A DNA stretch of 64,000 bases from TPA_inf: Saccharomyces (Eukaryota): NCBI GenBank assembly GCA_000146045.2, contig BK006935.2, positions 1 through 64,000 of the forward strand, in the 5' to 3' direction. Made by a program: the position numbers and the translations under genes. The notes below the pieces were generated by a model. That model searched no databases. It worked only from the letters and a program-made list of their open reading frames with translations, and was not told where the DNA came from. Positions 35,155 to 45,898 of this stretch are shown in pieces (the stretch's first letter is position 1; the number at the start of each line of letters is the position of its first letter).

Positions 35155-36303
35155 ATGAGAGCTTTGGCATATTTCAAGAAGGGTGATATTCACTTCACTA
35201 ATGATATCCCTAGGCCAGAAATCCAAACCGACGATGAGGTTATTATCGACGTCTCTTGGTGTGGGATTTGTGGCTCGGATCTTCACGAGTACTTGGATGG
35301 TCCAATCTTCATGCCTAAAGATGGAGAGTGCCATAAATTATCCAACGCTGCTTTACCTCTGGCAATGGGCCATGAGATGTCAGGAATTGTTTCCAAGGTT
35401 GGTCCTAAAGTGACAAAGGTGAAGGTTGGCGACCACGTGGTCGTTGATGCTGCCAGCAGTTGTGCGGACCTGCATTGCTGGCCACACTCCAAATTTTACA
35501 ATTCCAAACCATGTGATGCTTGTCAGAGGGGCAGTGAAAATCTATGTACCCACGCCGGTTTTGTAGGACTAGGTGTGATCAGTGGTGGCTTTGCTGAACA
35601 AGTCGTAGTCTCTCAACATCACATTATCCCGGTTCCAAAGGAAATTCCTCTAGATGTGGCTGCTTTAGTTGAGCCTCTTTCTGTCACCTGGCATGCTGTT
35701 AAGATTTCTGGTTTCAAAAAAGGCAGTTCAGCCTTGGTTCTTGGTGCAGGTCCCATTGGGTTGTGTACCATTTTGGTACTTAAGGGAATGGGGGCTAGTA
35801 AAATTGTAGTGTCTGAAATTGCAGAGAGAAGAATAGAAATGGCCAAGAAACTGGGCGTTGAGGTGTTCAATCCCTCCAAGCACGGTCATAAATCTATAGA
35901 GATACTACGTGGTTTGACCAAGAGCCATGATGGGTTTGATTACAGTTATGATTGTTCTGGTATTCAAGTTACTTTCGAAACCTCTTTGAAGGCATTAACA
36001 TTCAAGGGGACAGCCACCAACATTGCAGTTTGGGGTCCAAAACCTGTCCCATTCCAACCAATGGATGTGACTCTCCAAGAGAAAGTTATGACTGGTTCGA
36101 TCGGCTATGTTGTCGAAGACTTCGAAGAAGTTGTTCGTGCCATCCACAACGGAGACATCGCCATGGAAGATTGTAAGCAACTAATCACTGGTAAGCAAAG
36201 GATTGAGGACGGTTGGGAAAAGGGATTCCAAGAGTTGATGGATCACAAGGAATCCAACGTTAAGATTCTATTGACGCCTAACAATCACGGTGAAATGAAG
36301 TAA
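35155..36303 (+). CDS. BDH1: NAD-dependent (2R,3R)-2,3-butanediol dehydrogenase, Zn-MDR family, 382 aa
   Basis: It has GHEMSGIV, the Cys cluster C..C..C, and LVLGAGPIGLC. It aligns end-to-end with BDH2 (MRALAYF.KG.I.FTN... through ILLTPNNHGE). Confidence 0.95.
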   Translation: MRALAYFKKGDIHFTNDIPRPEIQTDDEVIIDVSWCGICGSDLHEYLDGPIFMPKDGECHKLSNAALPLAMGHEMSGIVSKVGPKVTKVKVGDHVVVDAASSCADLHCWPHSKFYNSKPCDACQRGSENLCTHAGFVGLGVISGGFAEQVVVSQHHIIPVPKEIPLDVAALVEPLSVTWHAVKISGFKKGSSALVLGAGPIGLCTILVLKGMGASKIVVSEIAERRIEMAKKLGVEVFNPSKHGHKSIEILRGLTKSHDGFDYSYDCSGIQVTFETSLKALTFKGTATNIAVWGPKPVPFQPMDVTLQEKVMTGSIGYVVEDFEEVVRAIHNGDIAMEDCKQLITGKQRIEDGWEKGFQELMDHKESNVKILLTPNNHGEMK

Positions 36304-36508
36304 TGACAAAATAATATTTGGGGCCCCTCGCGGCTCATTTGTAGTATCTAAGATTATGTATTTTCTTTTATAATATTTGTTGTTATGAAACAGACAGAAG
36401 TAAGTTTCTGCGACTATATTATTTTTTTTTTTCTTCTTTTTTTTTCCTTTATTCAACTTGGCGATGAGCTGAAAATTTTTTTGGTTAAGGACCCTTTAGA
36501 AGTATTGA

Positions 36509-37147
36509 ATGTGGGAACAAAGACGACAAAAGGTAGTTTTTTCCTTGACTATACTGGTAAGATATCGTCTAAAACAAAGCATGGCCAAGAAAATATCAAA
36601 GAATTCAAGAGCTGCTAGACAATCGGATGCTCTTGAACCAGAGGTAAAGGATTTAAGTGAACTACCTAGAGCTGAAAAAACCGATTTGACTAATATTTTG
36701 ATTAGAACAGCAGCCAAGAATGAGGCATTGCTGGAAGCAAAGATATCTAAGAAAGCCAATAAAAGTAAGAGGGGCAAGAAGTTAAATAAAAAGGCTCTGG
36801 AAGACAAACTGGCCAACTCTATTTCATCCATGGACAGGGATCGTTTAGTGAAGGCCTTGAATTTTACCAATCGTCTGGACGGTAAAATTGCCAAGTCCAT
36901 TTCTCGTGCCAAGTACATTCAAAATACAAGAAAGGCTGGCTGGGATAGCACCAATGAGACTATAAAAAAAGAGCTGGCTTTTTTGAACGGAGGGTTGTCT
37001 GTGCAGGCAAAAAGTGCTAGTGAAGGTAATGCTGAAAAGGAAGATGAGGAGATCCCAGAAGTTTTTGACTCTTTAGCAGAGGATAACACAGTGCAGAAGA
37101 CTCCTACAAATAGATTCGGTGTCCTGCCAGACGATGTTGAAGAATAG
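36509..37147 (+). CDS. ECM1: Lys/Glu-rich pre-ribosomal (60S export) factor, 212 aa
   Basis: A highly charged, low-complexity 212-aa ORF with KKxxK-type nuclear-localisation stretches. It matches ECM1 from memory. Confidence 0.85.
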   Translation: MWEQRRQKVVFSLTILVRYRLKQSMAKKISKNSRAARQSDALEPEVKDLSELPRAEKTDLTNILIRTAAKNEALLEAKISKKANKSKRGKKLNKKALEDKLANSISSMDRDRLVKALNFTNRLDGKIAKSISRAKYIQNTRKAGWDSTNETIKKELAFLNGGLSVQAKSASEGNAEKEDEEIPEVFDSLAEDNTVQKTPTNRFGVLPDDVEE

Positions 37148-37463
37148 AAAATTTTCATATGAAAGGTCCTAGGAATACACGATTCTTGTACGCATTCTTC
37201 TTTTTTCTATCTTCTTTCATTCTTTGTACATTAGATAACATGGTTTTAGCTTAGTTTTATTTTATTTTTTATATATCTGGATGTATACTATTATTGAAAA
37301 ACTTCATTAATAGTTACAACTTTTTCAATATCAAGTTGATTAAGAAAAAGAAAATTATTATGGGTTAGCTGAAAACCGTGTGATGCATGTCGTTTAAGGA
37401 TTGTGTAAAAAAGTGAACGGCAACGCATTTCTAATATAGATAACGGCCACACAAAGTAGTACT

Positions 37464-38972
37464 ATGAAATTTTCTGCGTATTTATGGTGGCTGTTTTTGA
37501 ATCTAGCGTTGGTGAAAGGCACTTCATTGCTATCCAACGTTACATTAGCGGAAGATTCTTTCTGGGAGCATTTTCAGGCTTACACTAATACAAAGCATTT
37601 AAACCAAGAGTGGATCACAAGTGAAGCCGTCAACAATGAAGGCTCTAAAATATATGGTGCACAATGGCGACTATCACAGGGTCGATTGCAAGGATCCGCA
37701 TGGGATAAAGGAATCGCAGTTCGAACAGGCAATGCCGCAGCTATGATAGGACATCTCTTGGAGACACCTATTAATGTTTCAGAAACGGATACCTTGGTTG
37801 TCCAGTACGAAATTAAGTTGGACAATTCTTTGACGTGCGGCGGTGCGTTTATTAAGTTAATGTCTGGTTTCATGAATGTTGAAGCATTAAAACACTATGC
37901 ACCCGATACAGAGGGTGTCGAGTTAGTTTTTGGTCCGGATTATTGTGCTCCTGAAATAAATGGCGTGCAATTTGCCATCAATAAGGTTGACAAGATCACA
38001 CATGAATCTAAACTAAGATATTTGCAAGAGATGCCCCTGTCAAAATTAACTGATACCTCGCAATCTCATCTGTATACGCTCATAATAGATGAATCAGCGC
38101 AGTCTTTTCAAATTCTTATAGACGGTAAGACGGTTATGGTAAGAGAACATATCGAAGACAAGAAAAAGGTCAATTTTGAGCCACCCATTACACCGCCTTT
38201 AATGATTCCTGATGTTTCAGTAGCGAAACCGCATGATTGGGATGATCGCATCCGAATCCCAGATCCTGAGGCGGTGAAGCTCAGTGATCGGGATGAACGA
38301 GACCCATTGATGATTCCACATCCAGATGGCACTGAACCACCAGAATGGAACAGCTCCATCCCCGAATACATTCTTGACCCAAATGCTCAAAAGCCCTCGT
38401 GGTGGAAGGAACTTGAGCACGGGGAATGGATACCGCCCATGATTAAAAATCCTCTTTGCACTGCAGAACGTGGTTGTGGCCAGCAGATACCAGGGCTGAT
38501 AAATAATGCCAAGTACAAAGGTCCAGGCGAACTCAATGAAATCATAAATCCCAATTACATGGGGGAATGGCATCCACCGGAAATTGAAAACCCGCTATAC
38601 TACGAAGAGCAGCACCCATTGCGCATCGAAAACGTTATCAGTGGTGTGATCCTCGAGTTTTGGAGTGGATCTCCAAACATGTTGATAAGCAACATTTATG
38701 TTGGTAAAAATGTAACAGAGGCGCAAATTATTGGGAATAAGACTTGGCTGATGAGAGACCGCGCGTTTAGAGGCTCCGATGGCCCCACAGAACGCAAATT
38801 CATGAATAGCAGACTAGGAAATCTACAAACAACTTTCCATAACGAAAGAGAATCCCCTAATCCATTTGACCGCATTATAGATCGCATATTAGAGCAACCT
38901 CTGAAATTTGTGCTTACTGCGGCCGTCGTGCTCTTGACGACGTCGGTTCTTTGTTGTGTAGTATTTACATAG
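37464..38972 (+). CDS. CNE1: Calnexin (ER lectin chaperone), 502 aa
   Basis: It has a signal peptide, a calnexin/calreticulin lectin domain, and a proline-rich P-domain with the repeat motifs KPHDWDDRIRIPDPEAVK and MIPHPDGTEPPEWN plus GEWIPPMIKNP / GEWHPPEIENP. A C-terminal TM segment (LTAAVVLLTTSVLCCVVF) follows. Confidence 0.95.
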   Translation: MKFSAYLWWLFLNLALVKGTSLLSNVTLAEDSFWEHFQAYTNTKHLNQEWITSEAVNNEGSKIYGAQWRLSQGRLQGSAWDKGIAVRTGNAAAMIGHLLETPINVSETDTLVVQYEIKLDNSLTCGGAFIKLMSGFMNVEALKHYAPDTEGVELVFGPDYCAPEINGVQFAINKVDKITHESKLRYLQEMPLSKLTDTSQSHLYTLIIDESAQSFQILIDGKTVMVREHIEDKKKVNFEPPITPPLMIPDVSVAKPHDWDDRIRIPDPEAVKLSDRDERDPLMIPHPDGTEPPEWNSSIPEYILDPNAQKPSWWKELEHGEWIPPMIKNPLCTAERGCGQQIPGLINNAKYKGPGELNEIINPNYMGEWHPPEIENPLYYEEQHPLRIENVISGVILEFWSGSPNMLISNIYVGKNVTEAQIIGNKTWLMRDRAFRGSDGPTERKFMNSRLGNLQTTFHNERESPNPFDRIIDRILEQPLKFVLTAAVVLLTTSVLCCVVFT

Positions 38973-39258
38973 TGGACAAGTGTTAGTTTATAACATGGTC
39001 TCAATAATTGCACCACAACGGCTTCTCTTTTATAGATGGTTAACATTATAGTATCAATATTATCATCATGATTAAATGATGATGTATAATACTTACCCGA
39101 TGTTAAATCTTATTTTTTCATGCAGTAAGTAATCATGCAACAAGAAAAACCCGTAATTAAGCGAACATAGAACAACTAGCATCCCCGATAAGACGGAATA
39201 GAATAGTAAAGATTGTGATTCATTGGCAGGTCCATTGTCGCATTACTAAATCATAGGC

Positions 39259-41901
39259 ATGGAAATTTCCAGTTCACCATGGAACGACGGTGGATACAGC
39301 CCCTATGAGAGAAACAGAGTCGCTGTATCACCATTTTCATCAGCGTTGGAAGGCGAAGAACGAATAGAAACCTCTCGATCTTTGGGTGATCATTGCTTTG
39401 AACCTTTGCCATACGTGACGAATTATCTTTCTATTTTCGCGCTTTTTGGTAAAGAGATATTTGGTGACAAGGGAAATGTGAGCTCAAGAAATGAATATTT
39501 GCTAAAAAAATACTACTCTTTGAAAAAGCCATTTGTATTGCGACATAATGGGCATGCGTTGAAGAATCCCGACATGCCACTCCAGAGGAATGACATATTG
39601 CAAACCAATTTCATGGTTGACAAATTTCTGAATCGTACTGTGCGGTCAGTGAATTTTAATAATTTCAAGATAATATCAGATATGCAAAGTAAAAGCGGTC
39701 GAGGAACAAAGTCAGGCACAAATCAGAATCAAAGTGCCGACGCTATTCAAAATATTTGTCTACCATCTATACCGTCGGCGTTGCCTTATTTCCAGTATTA
39801 TAGGAAGCTATTGACAGTTAATACCAAAGAATGGGATATTTTAAAACTGCACAGTTTATGGGTACCAAAGCTAAGGAAGGATTTTAAAGATTTTTCGTTG
39901 TATGGTGATAAAAACTCTTTAAAGCCGATCGATAGTCACTATGATGAGGATAATACCATGAAGAAAAATTTATTTTTTGAAAGATCTCCAAGTCGACAGA
40001 CTCTAGATGGTAAAGGGTGTGCCTCTAAGGGGTATGACATTTCTTCCGGTAATATGATTATCCCATCCCTATTTTCTGAAGATAAGCTGCCGGCTTTAAC
40101 TTATCATTGTTCCGTAGAATTAAATGGAAACATTTACATATTTGGGGGATTGATGCCATGCTACAGCTATGAGGAGGATGCGCCGATGCTGAACGATTTT
40201 TTTGTAGACGGAATAAAGAACTTACCTCCGCCTTTACTACCTCAAGTGATTAATAATCCATCAATGGTCAATAATCCTCATCTTTATGTCGCTTCTATAC
40301 CATCATGCCGGTTTAGCAAACCTAAAATGGGGGGTTATATACCGCCTCCATTGCTATGTGTTCAAGGATCCAAATTAACGGACCGACATATTTTCTTTTA
40401 TGGCGGATTTGAAATCAGGACAGAAACCCGTGGTGATGAAAATGGGAAGTATCATCTCAAGAAAAGATTATATGTGAATAACACTGGTTACATACTCGAT
40501 ATTATGTCGTTCAAGTTCACTAAAATAGATATCATAGTACAACCTTCCAAATATAATGCATATCCGACAATGTCATCGAGGTTTGGTCACTTACAAATTT
40601 CTATTGATAATCCAAATAGGAGAGCTAGCGTTCATTCTTCAAGCATGAACGAAATTCATAAAATGGGGAGTGCTTCCATGAAACAAGGTAGCAGCATCAC
40701 TTCCGGGCGGCTTGAAAAAGCAGCAGTACTTTCATCATTACCTCATAATACTGTGCACACGGTTATAATATTTGGTGGTTACAGACAAACCGGTGATGAT
40801 CGTTACGAAGCAATGAATGATTTGTGGAAGATAGAGATACCCGTGATACGTCGCGGTAAAAAAGGTTATTGTAAGTTTTCAGAGACAGCTAACGCGATAC
40901 TACTGACGCCAAGCGAAAAGGACAAATCGGATTGGCCCGAAGAAAGAGCCTTTTCTGCCTTTTCTGTTCATGGGACTTCGTTAATGGATAGGAGTTCTCT
41001 TGACATGAGACTATTGAACAACTTAAAAAACCATTTTGTTTTAAAACCGTCATATATATCACAGGATCGCGTTGTTAGTCCTAAACCGGTTTTCCCCATG
41101 ATGGTTCATGGCACGCATCAAGATCTTTTCAATAGTGGCTCTGCGGCACAAGAATCGCCCAAAGCTGGTGCCTCGGCCAGCAGCGCAAGTGCTGCGAGCT
41201 TTGATCCCGATATGGACGATAATTTGGAAAATTATATAGTCAATCCAGGGAGAAAATCGTCATCTATTCCAATGACTGCGATAGGGAGACAGAGATTAAT
41301 TTTAAGCCAAGAGAAGCCAGTAGGTAAAACTGTTGTATTGCATGGTGGGTCTAACGGTCTCAACGTTCTTGATGATATGTGGTTGATGGACTTAGAGTGT
41401 GAGACATGGACTCCAATAGAGACATTTGCAAAGGCAGATTCGAGCGAAGACGGTGATGAAAAATTGGATAGTGTGAACGTAGGTCTCGTTGGCCACAGAA
41501 TGGAAAGTATTGGACGAATATGTGTATGTATAGGTGGTATGGTACAAGAGGATGTTGACCAATTTTACTCGGAGAATGATGATGAGCCTCCTCGAAAACG
41601 CAAGGTCGATACATTACCGTTGGGTGGTAATTTTTTGAACACAATTGATTTAAGCACGCAGTGTTGGGAAGAACATAAAATTACTCTGTCCAAGAAGGAA
41701 GACGATGAGGACAGACAAGATAGCGAAAATGAAGATACAAATTCAAATATAGTAGTTGGTGTCGGTGGCACTTCTTTGCAATGTGACAAAAGTATTATTT
41801 TGATTGGCGGATTGATATCTAGACGGAGCAATGTAAAAGAAATATATTTACATGGTACCATAACGAAAAGTATTTTTCCTAGCGTAAATCCTAGTGCATA
41901 A
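39259..41901 (+). CDS. GPB2: Kelch-repeat protein, negative regulator of PKA/Ras signalling, 880 aa
   Basis: An 880-aa ORF with repeated kelch-like blades (IYIFGGL, IFFYGGF, VIIFGGY, VVLHGGS, ILIGGLI). It matches GPB2 (KRH1). Confidence 0.88.
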   Translation: MEISSSPWNDGGYSPYERNRVAVSPFSSALEGEERIETSRSLGDHCFEPLPYVTNYLSIFALFGKEIFGDKGNVSSRNEYLLKKYYSLKKPFVLRHNGHALKNPDMPLQRNDILQTNFMVDKFLNRTVRSVNFNNFKIISDMQSKSGRGTKSGTNQNQSADAIQNICLPSIPSALPYFQYYRKLLTVNTKEWDILKLHSLWVPKLRKDFKDFSLYGDKNSLKPIDSHYDEDNTMKKNLFFERSPSRQTLDGKGCASKGYDISSGNMIIPSLFSEDKLPALTYHCSVELNGNIYIFGGLMPCYSYEEDAPMLNDFFVDGIKNLPPPLLPQVINNPSMVNNPHLYVASIPSCRFSKPKMGGYIPPPLLCVQGSKLTDRHIFFYGGFEIRTETRGDENGKYHLKKRLYVNNTGYILDIMSFKFTKIDIIVQPSKYNAYPTMSSRFGHLQISIDNPNRRASVHSSSMNEIHKMGSASMKQGSSITSGRLEKAAVLSSLPHNTVHTVIIFGGYRQTGDDRYEAMNDLWKIEIPVIRRGKKGYCKFSETANAILLTPSEKDKSDWPEERAFSAFSVHGTSLMDRSSLDMRLLNNLKNHFVLKPSYISQDRVVSPKPVFPMMVHGTHQDLFNSGSAAQESPKAGASASSASAASFDPDMDDNLENYIVNPGRKSSSIPMTAIGRQRLILSQEKPVGKTVVLHGGSNGLNVLDDMWLMDLECETWTPIETFAKADSSEDGDEKLDSVNVGLVGHRMESIGRICVCIGGMVQEDVDQFYSENDDEPPRKRKVDTLPLGGNFLNTIDLSTQCWEEHKITLSKKEDDEDRQDSENEDTNSNIVVGVGGTSLQCDKSIILIGGLISRRSNVKEIYLHGTITKSIFPSVNPSA

Positions 41902-42176
41902 AAAGGCAGTTTTCAATGCTTTCACTTTGTAAACTTTGTTTAGTAGTAGAATATAATATATTCAGTTTTGTTTTATAGTCACATAACACTTTGTCTTTCA
42001 AAGAATAATCTCCTTCGCAATACCAGCGAAATATTTTGGCAAAAAATTAACAATTAGGTTCATAGTCCCCTAATTCAATTAATCGAAAAAAAAAAAATAA
42101 AATATAAGGGAAGATTGTGCTGATGAAATAGACAATGAAACAATAATGAAGAATAAAGAAGAAGAAGATATAAAAC

Positions 42177-42719
42177 ATGCCACCACCATCAAGAAGTAGA
42201 ATAAACAAAACAAGAACATTAGGAATAGTGGGTACAGCTATAGCAGTGTTGGTCACGTCCTACTATATATATCAAAAGGTGACAAGTGCAAAGGAAGATA
42301 ATGGGGCACGACCTCCAGAGGGTGATTCAGTAAAAGAGAACAAAAAGGCAAGGAAGAGCAAATGTATTATAATGAGCAAGTCGATACAAGGACTGCCCAT
42401 AAAGTGGGAGGAGTACGCCGCTGATGAAGTGGTTTTGCTGGTACCTACGAGCCACACTGATGGATCAATGAAACAAGCCATTGGGGATGCCTTTCGCAAG
42501 ACGAAAAACGAACACAAAATCATATATTGCGATAGCATGGATGGATTATGGTCATGTGTAAGACGGCTAGGTAAATTTCAGTGCATATTGAACTCCAGGG
42601 ACTTCACAAGTAGTGGTGGTAGCGATGCAGCAGTCGTTCCTGAAGATATAGGCAGGTTTGTCAAATTTGTTGTTGATAGCGATGTAGAGGATGTGCTGAT
42701 TGACACTTTATGCAATTAA
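42177..42719 (+). CDS. PEX22: Peroxisomal membrane protein anchoring the Pex4 E2, 180 aa
   Basis: A 180-aa ORF with a single N-terminal TM anchor (TLGIVGTAIAVLVTSYYIY) followed by a soluble domain. It matches PEX22. Confidence 0.85.
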   Translation: MPPPSRSRINKTRTLGIVGTAIAVLVTSYYIYQKVTSAKEDNGARPPEGDSVKENKKARKSKCIIMSKSIQGLPIKWEEYAADEVVLLVPTSHTDGSMKQAIGDAFRKTKNEHKIIYCDSMDGLWSCVRRLGKFQCILNSRDFTSSGGSDAAVVPEDIGRFVKFVVDSDVEDVLIDTLCN

Positions 42720-42880
42720 TGTAGAAAAGAGTTTCTTGTAACAGTATGTAAAGAATAAATAATTATAAGTATAAATAAAAAGAGAAGGTGAAATAATAAT
42801 AAGTAAGCAGCTCGGTTATAAGAGAACAAAAACACACGAAAAAAAAAAAGTCGTCAATATAAAAAGGAAAGAAATCATCA

Positions 42881-45022
42881 TTACAACTTGACCGAATCAA
42901 TTAGATGTCTAACAATGCCAGGGTTTGACAATGTAGAAACGTCGCCTAGTTGGTCACTTTCTCCTGCTAGGATTTTTCTTAAAATACGTCTCATAATTTT
43001 GCCGGATCTTGTCTTGGGCAAGTCATCCACTAAAATGATCAATTTTGGTGCGGCAAATGGCCCGATGTCTTTTCTAACAGTAAAGACCAAATGCTTCTTG
43101 ATATCTTGTAATTCATCATCTGTTGCGGTGGACCAACTAGATTTGTTTTTCAACACCACAAATGCAGCAACTGCTTGACCAGTCAAGTCATCGTTGAATC
43201 CGACAACAGCACACTCGGCCACAATTGGATCTTCGATAATAGCAGCCTCAATTTCAGCGGTAGACAGACGGTGACCAGAGACGTTCACCACATCGTCTAC
43301 ACGACCCAAAATCCAGATATAACCATCCTTATCCTTTGCAGCACCATCACCAGTGAAATAGTAGCCAGGGTAAGGGTTCAAATAAGTGTCTAGATACCTA
43401 TCATGATTTTTCCAAATAGTTCTTGCAAATGATGGCCATGCAGCTTTGACGGCAAGGACACCCTCTGCGTGGCTGGTGTTAAGTTCTTCACCAGTGTTAG
43501 GGTCAAGAACAACTGCATCAATACCGAAGAAGGGGAATGAGGCAGAACCCGGTTTCATTGGTGTAACACCACCAGCCAGCGGGGTGACCAGATGCGAACC
43601 AGATTCTGTTTGCCAGTAGGTGTCTACAATGGGGATTTCATTTTTACCTATTTTTTCAGAGTACCACTCCCAAACTTCAGCAGCAATTGGCTCACCGACC
43701 GAACCCAAGCAACGCAAAGATTTTAAGGAATGATTTTCGATGTAGGAATCACCAGCTCTTTTCAACAAACGCAAAGCAGTTGGCGCAACATAAAATTGGG
43801 TGACTTTGTGTTCATCAATAATATCCCAATAACGGGAGTAATTTGGGTACGCAGGAGTCCCTTCAAAGACCAAAGTGGCACAACCATATAGTAAGGGACC
43901 ATAAACCACATAAGTGTGGCCTGTAATCCAGCCAATGTCTCCAGCTGTGAAGAAAACGTCTTCTTGGTGAGTGTCAAAAGTGTAGCGCATGGTCAACAAA
44001 GCTCCCAGCAAGTAACCTGCGGTAGAATGTTGAACACCCTTGGGGGCACCAGTAGAACCAGACGTATACAACAAGAATAATGGATCCTCAGAATCAACGG
44101 GTGTGCATGGATAGTAGGTCTTGTATTTCTTCTTTTCTGTTGCCCAATCCAAATCTCTGGGGGCATGGAAAGCAACAGATGGATTGTTGGTCTTTCTATA
44201 AACCAAGACGTGTCTCACGCCTGGGGTCTCTCTTAGCGCGTCATCAACAATTCTTTTAGTCTCAATGACTTTACCACCTCTGTTGGATTCATCTGTAGTG
44301 ATGACAACTTTAGAGTCCCCATCGTTGATACGATCTCTCAAGGAGTTGGAAGAAAACCCGGCAAAGACTACGGAGTGAATGGCACCGATACGGGAAATGG
44401 CCAACAAGGTTATGATTGCTTCTGGGACCATAGGCATGTACACGGCAACAGTATCGCCCTTGCGAACGCCCATAGAGTAAGTCAGCACTTGTGCCACTTG
44501 ACAAACTTCTTCAAGTAGTTCCTTGTAGGTAATGGAATAGCCTTGGCCAGGCTCGTCACCTTCGAAAATAATGGCTTTCTTGTTAGGAGTCTTCAAGGCA
44601 TGTCTGTCAACACAGTTGTAACAGGCGTTTAATTGGCCGTTGAGGAACCATGCATTGTTCTGGAAGGAGGGCCTGCCCGTTTTAGGGTCTGGGATGAACA
44701 CCTTATCGAATGGCTTAGACCAGTTTAAAAATTGGGTAGCTTTAGAACCGAAGAACTTAGCAGGGTCTTCAATAGACTCCTTGTGCAAGCGCTGATAGTC
44801 CTGCAACCCGTCCAAGTGTGGAGAATAGTGGGTAGCAATTGCGGGCTGCAGTCTATCTGAGATGGGCCGTTGTGGCACGATCTTGACCGAAGTCAAATGT
44901 TCATACTCATGTTCCTTCTTCTGCTGCGCAGTGGCGGCAGACTGGGACATTTTTGCTTTCAACTTGTCAATTTCACTTGACTGTTCTTCTAGTTTTGATG
45001 ATTGTACGGCAGAGGGCGACAT
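42881..45022 (-). CDS. ACS1: Acetyl-CoA synthetase (glucose-repressed isoform), 713 aa
   Basis: AMP-binding signature [14 protein letters not shown], acyl-adenylate family motifs ([28 protein letters not shown]) and the C-terminal [11 protein letters not shown] lysine motif. The N-terminal extension is typical of Acs1 rather than Acs2. Confidence 0.96.
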   Translation of the reverse strand: MSPSAVQSSKLEEQSSEIDKLKAKMSQSAATAQQKKEHEYEHLTSVKIVPQRPISDRLQPAIATHYSPHLDGLQDYQRLHKESIEDPAKFFGSKATQFLNWSKPFDKVFIPDPKTGRPSFQNNAWFLNGQLNACYNCVDRHALKTPNKKAIIFEGDEPGQGYSITYKELLEEVCQVAQVLTYSMGVRKGDTVAVYMPMVPEAIITLLAISRIGAIHSVVFAGFSSNSLRDRINDGDSKVVITTDESNRGGKVIETKRIVDDALRETPGVRHVLVYRKTNNPSVAFHAPRDLDWATEKKKYKTYYPCTPVDSEDPLFLLYTSGSTGAPKGVQHSTAGYLLGALLTMRYTFDTHQEDVFFTAGDIGWITGHTYVVYGPLLYGCATLVFEGTPAYPNYSRYWDIIDEHKVTQFYVAPTALRLLKRAGDSYIENHSLKSLRCLGSVGEPIAAEVWEWYSEKIGKNEIPIVDTYWQTESGSHLVTPLAGGVTPMKPGSASFPFFGIDAVVLDPNTGEELNTSHAEGVLAVKAAWPSFARTIWKNHDRYLDTYLNPYPGYYFTGDGAAKDKDGYIWILGRVDDVVNVSGHRLSTAEIEAAIIEDPIVAECAVVGFNDDLTGQAVAAFVVLKNKSSWSTATDDELQDIKKHLVFTVRKDIGPFAAPKLIILVDDLPKTRSGKIMRRILRKILAGESDQLGDVSTLSNPGIVRHLIDSVKL

Positions 45023-45238
45023 AGCACAGTGGGCAATGTCTTTCTAGTAGTTTTGATATGTTTGGTTTTGCTTATAGATAGAAAATATAAGAACAAGATA
45101 TAACGTACTACCAGATAACCTAAGGGAGAAATATGCTTAGAATAGCCGCCCAGTTTATATACAAAATGAAGGGAGAACTATTTGCCACCGAGGAACTGTA
45201 CCCCAACTGCAATACCCATTGAATAATGGCATCGGAGG

Positions 45239-45248
45239 CTCGGCGGCA
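45239..45248 (+). promoter_or_regulatory. URS1-like element (Ume6 site) in the ACS1 upstream region
   Basis: tcggcggcaa matches the URS1 consensus TCGGCGGCTA at 9 of 10 positions, about 220 bp upstream of the ACS1 ATG. Literature reports URS1/Ume6 control of ACS1. The site is matched by pattern only. Confidence 0.4.
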
Positions 45249-45359
45249 ATTCGTACCCCAACCTTTTTTTTTTACTTTTCTTTGGATCTTAGAGATAACA
45301 GAAAAAAAGGATGACCCCAATCATTTGCCACGGCATGTCAACAGGTGAGTGCCTTTTGA

Positions 45360-45369
45360 GGGGGGGGGG
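45360..45369. repeat. G10 homopolymer
   Basis: gagggggggggtcatc, an uninterrupted run of ten G in an otherwise AT-rich intergenic region. Confidence 0.9.
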
Positions 45370-45436
45370 TCATCTCGACATCCGGCGAAATGGAGCAGTC
45401 ACACGTGAACATTTTTAGGGGATGGAGAGTGCTACG

Positions 45437-45447
45437 CCGTTCGTCCG
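45437..45447 (+). promoter_or_regulatory. Carbon-source-responsive element (CSRE) match upstream of ACS1
   Basis: ccgttcgtccg fits the CSRE consensus CCRTYSRNCCG at all 11 positions, about 415 bp upstream of the ACS1 ATG. ACS1 is a known Cat8/Sip4 target. The site is matched by pattern only. Confidence 0.45.
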
Positions 45448-45634
45448 AGATGATTATCATATTTACACAGCCGTACATACACGTGCCATTTATCTTGATA
45501 TCATTCTGGACGTATGTGCACATGTGATTTGCTTTTGTTTTTTTAAGAATGTCGGGTAATAAACAGATTGTTTTTCTGGGAGGATAATCTTTTCTTTTTT
45601 CCTGTTGGTATTCTAAAATTAACCTTGCTGTTTC

Positions 45635-45656
45635 TTTTTTTTTTTTTTTTCGCGCG
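45635..45656. repeat. T16 homopolymer directly followed by CGCGCG
   Basis: tttttttttttttttt at 45635-45650, then cgcgcg at 45651-45656. A poly(dA:dT) nucleosome-excluding tract in the ACS1/FLC2 divergent promoter. Confidence 0.9.
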
Positions 45657-45898
45657 ACTACTCAGCCATCTTGCATTTTTAAAGAAAAAGATAATCATTA
45701 ATGCCTTCACGGGAATACGTATAGAACATTATTAAAAGTATATGAATGGCATATATATATAGAACACCACCCTTGGAAAACATTTATACCCCTTAAACTA
45801 AAACAATTTGCTGCGCTATACCGTGTTTCAGTGTATTATAATACATTCATTTCTGTTTCATTACGATTATATTGACGTGATAAAAAGATTATATAGCC

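Noticed and set aside
36496-37158. Minus-strand ORFs 36496..36918 and 36919..37158 overlapping ECM1
   Set aside because: They are antisense to the Lys/Glu-rich ECM1 frame and are low-complexity artefacts.
39062-39083. Inverted repeat atcatcat-gattaa-atgatgat downstream of CNE1
   Set aside because: The stem is only 8 bp, in AT-rich sequence built from ATG/CAT triplets, and is likely chance. Yeast terminators do not rely on hairpins.
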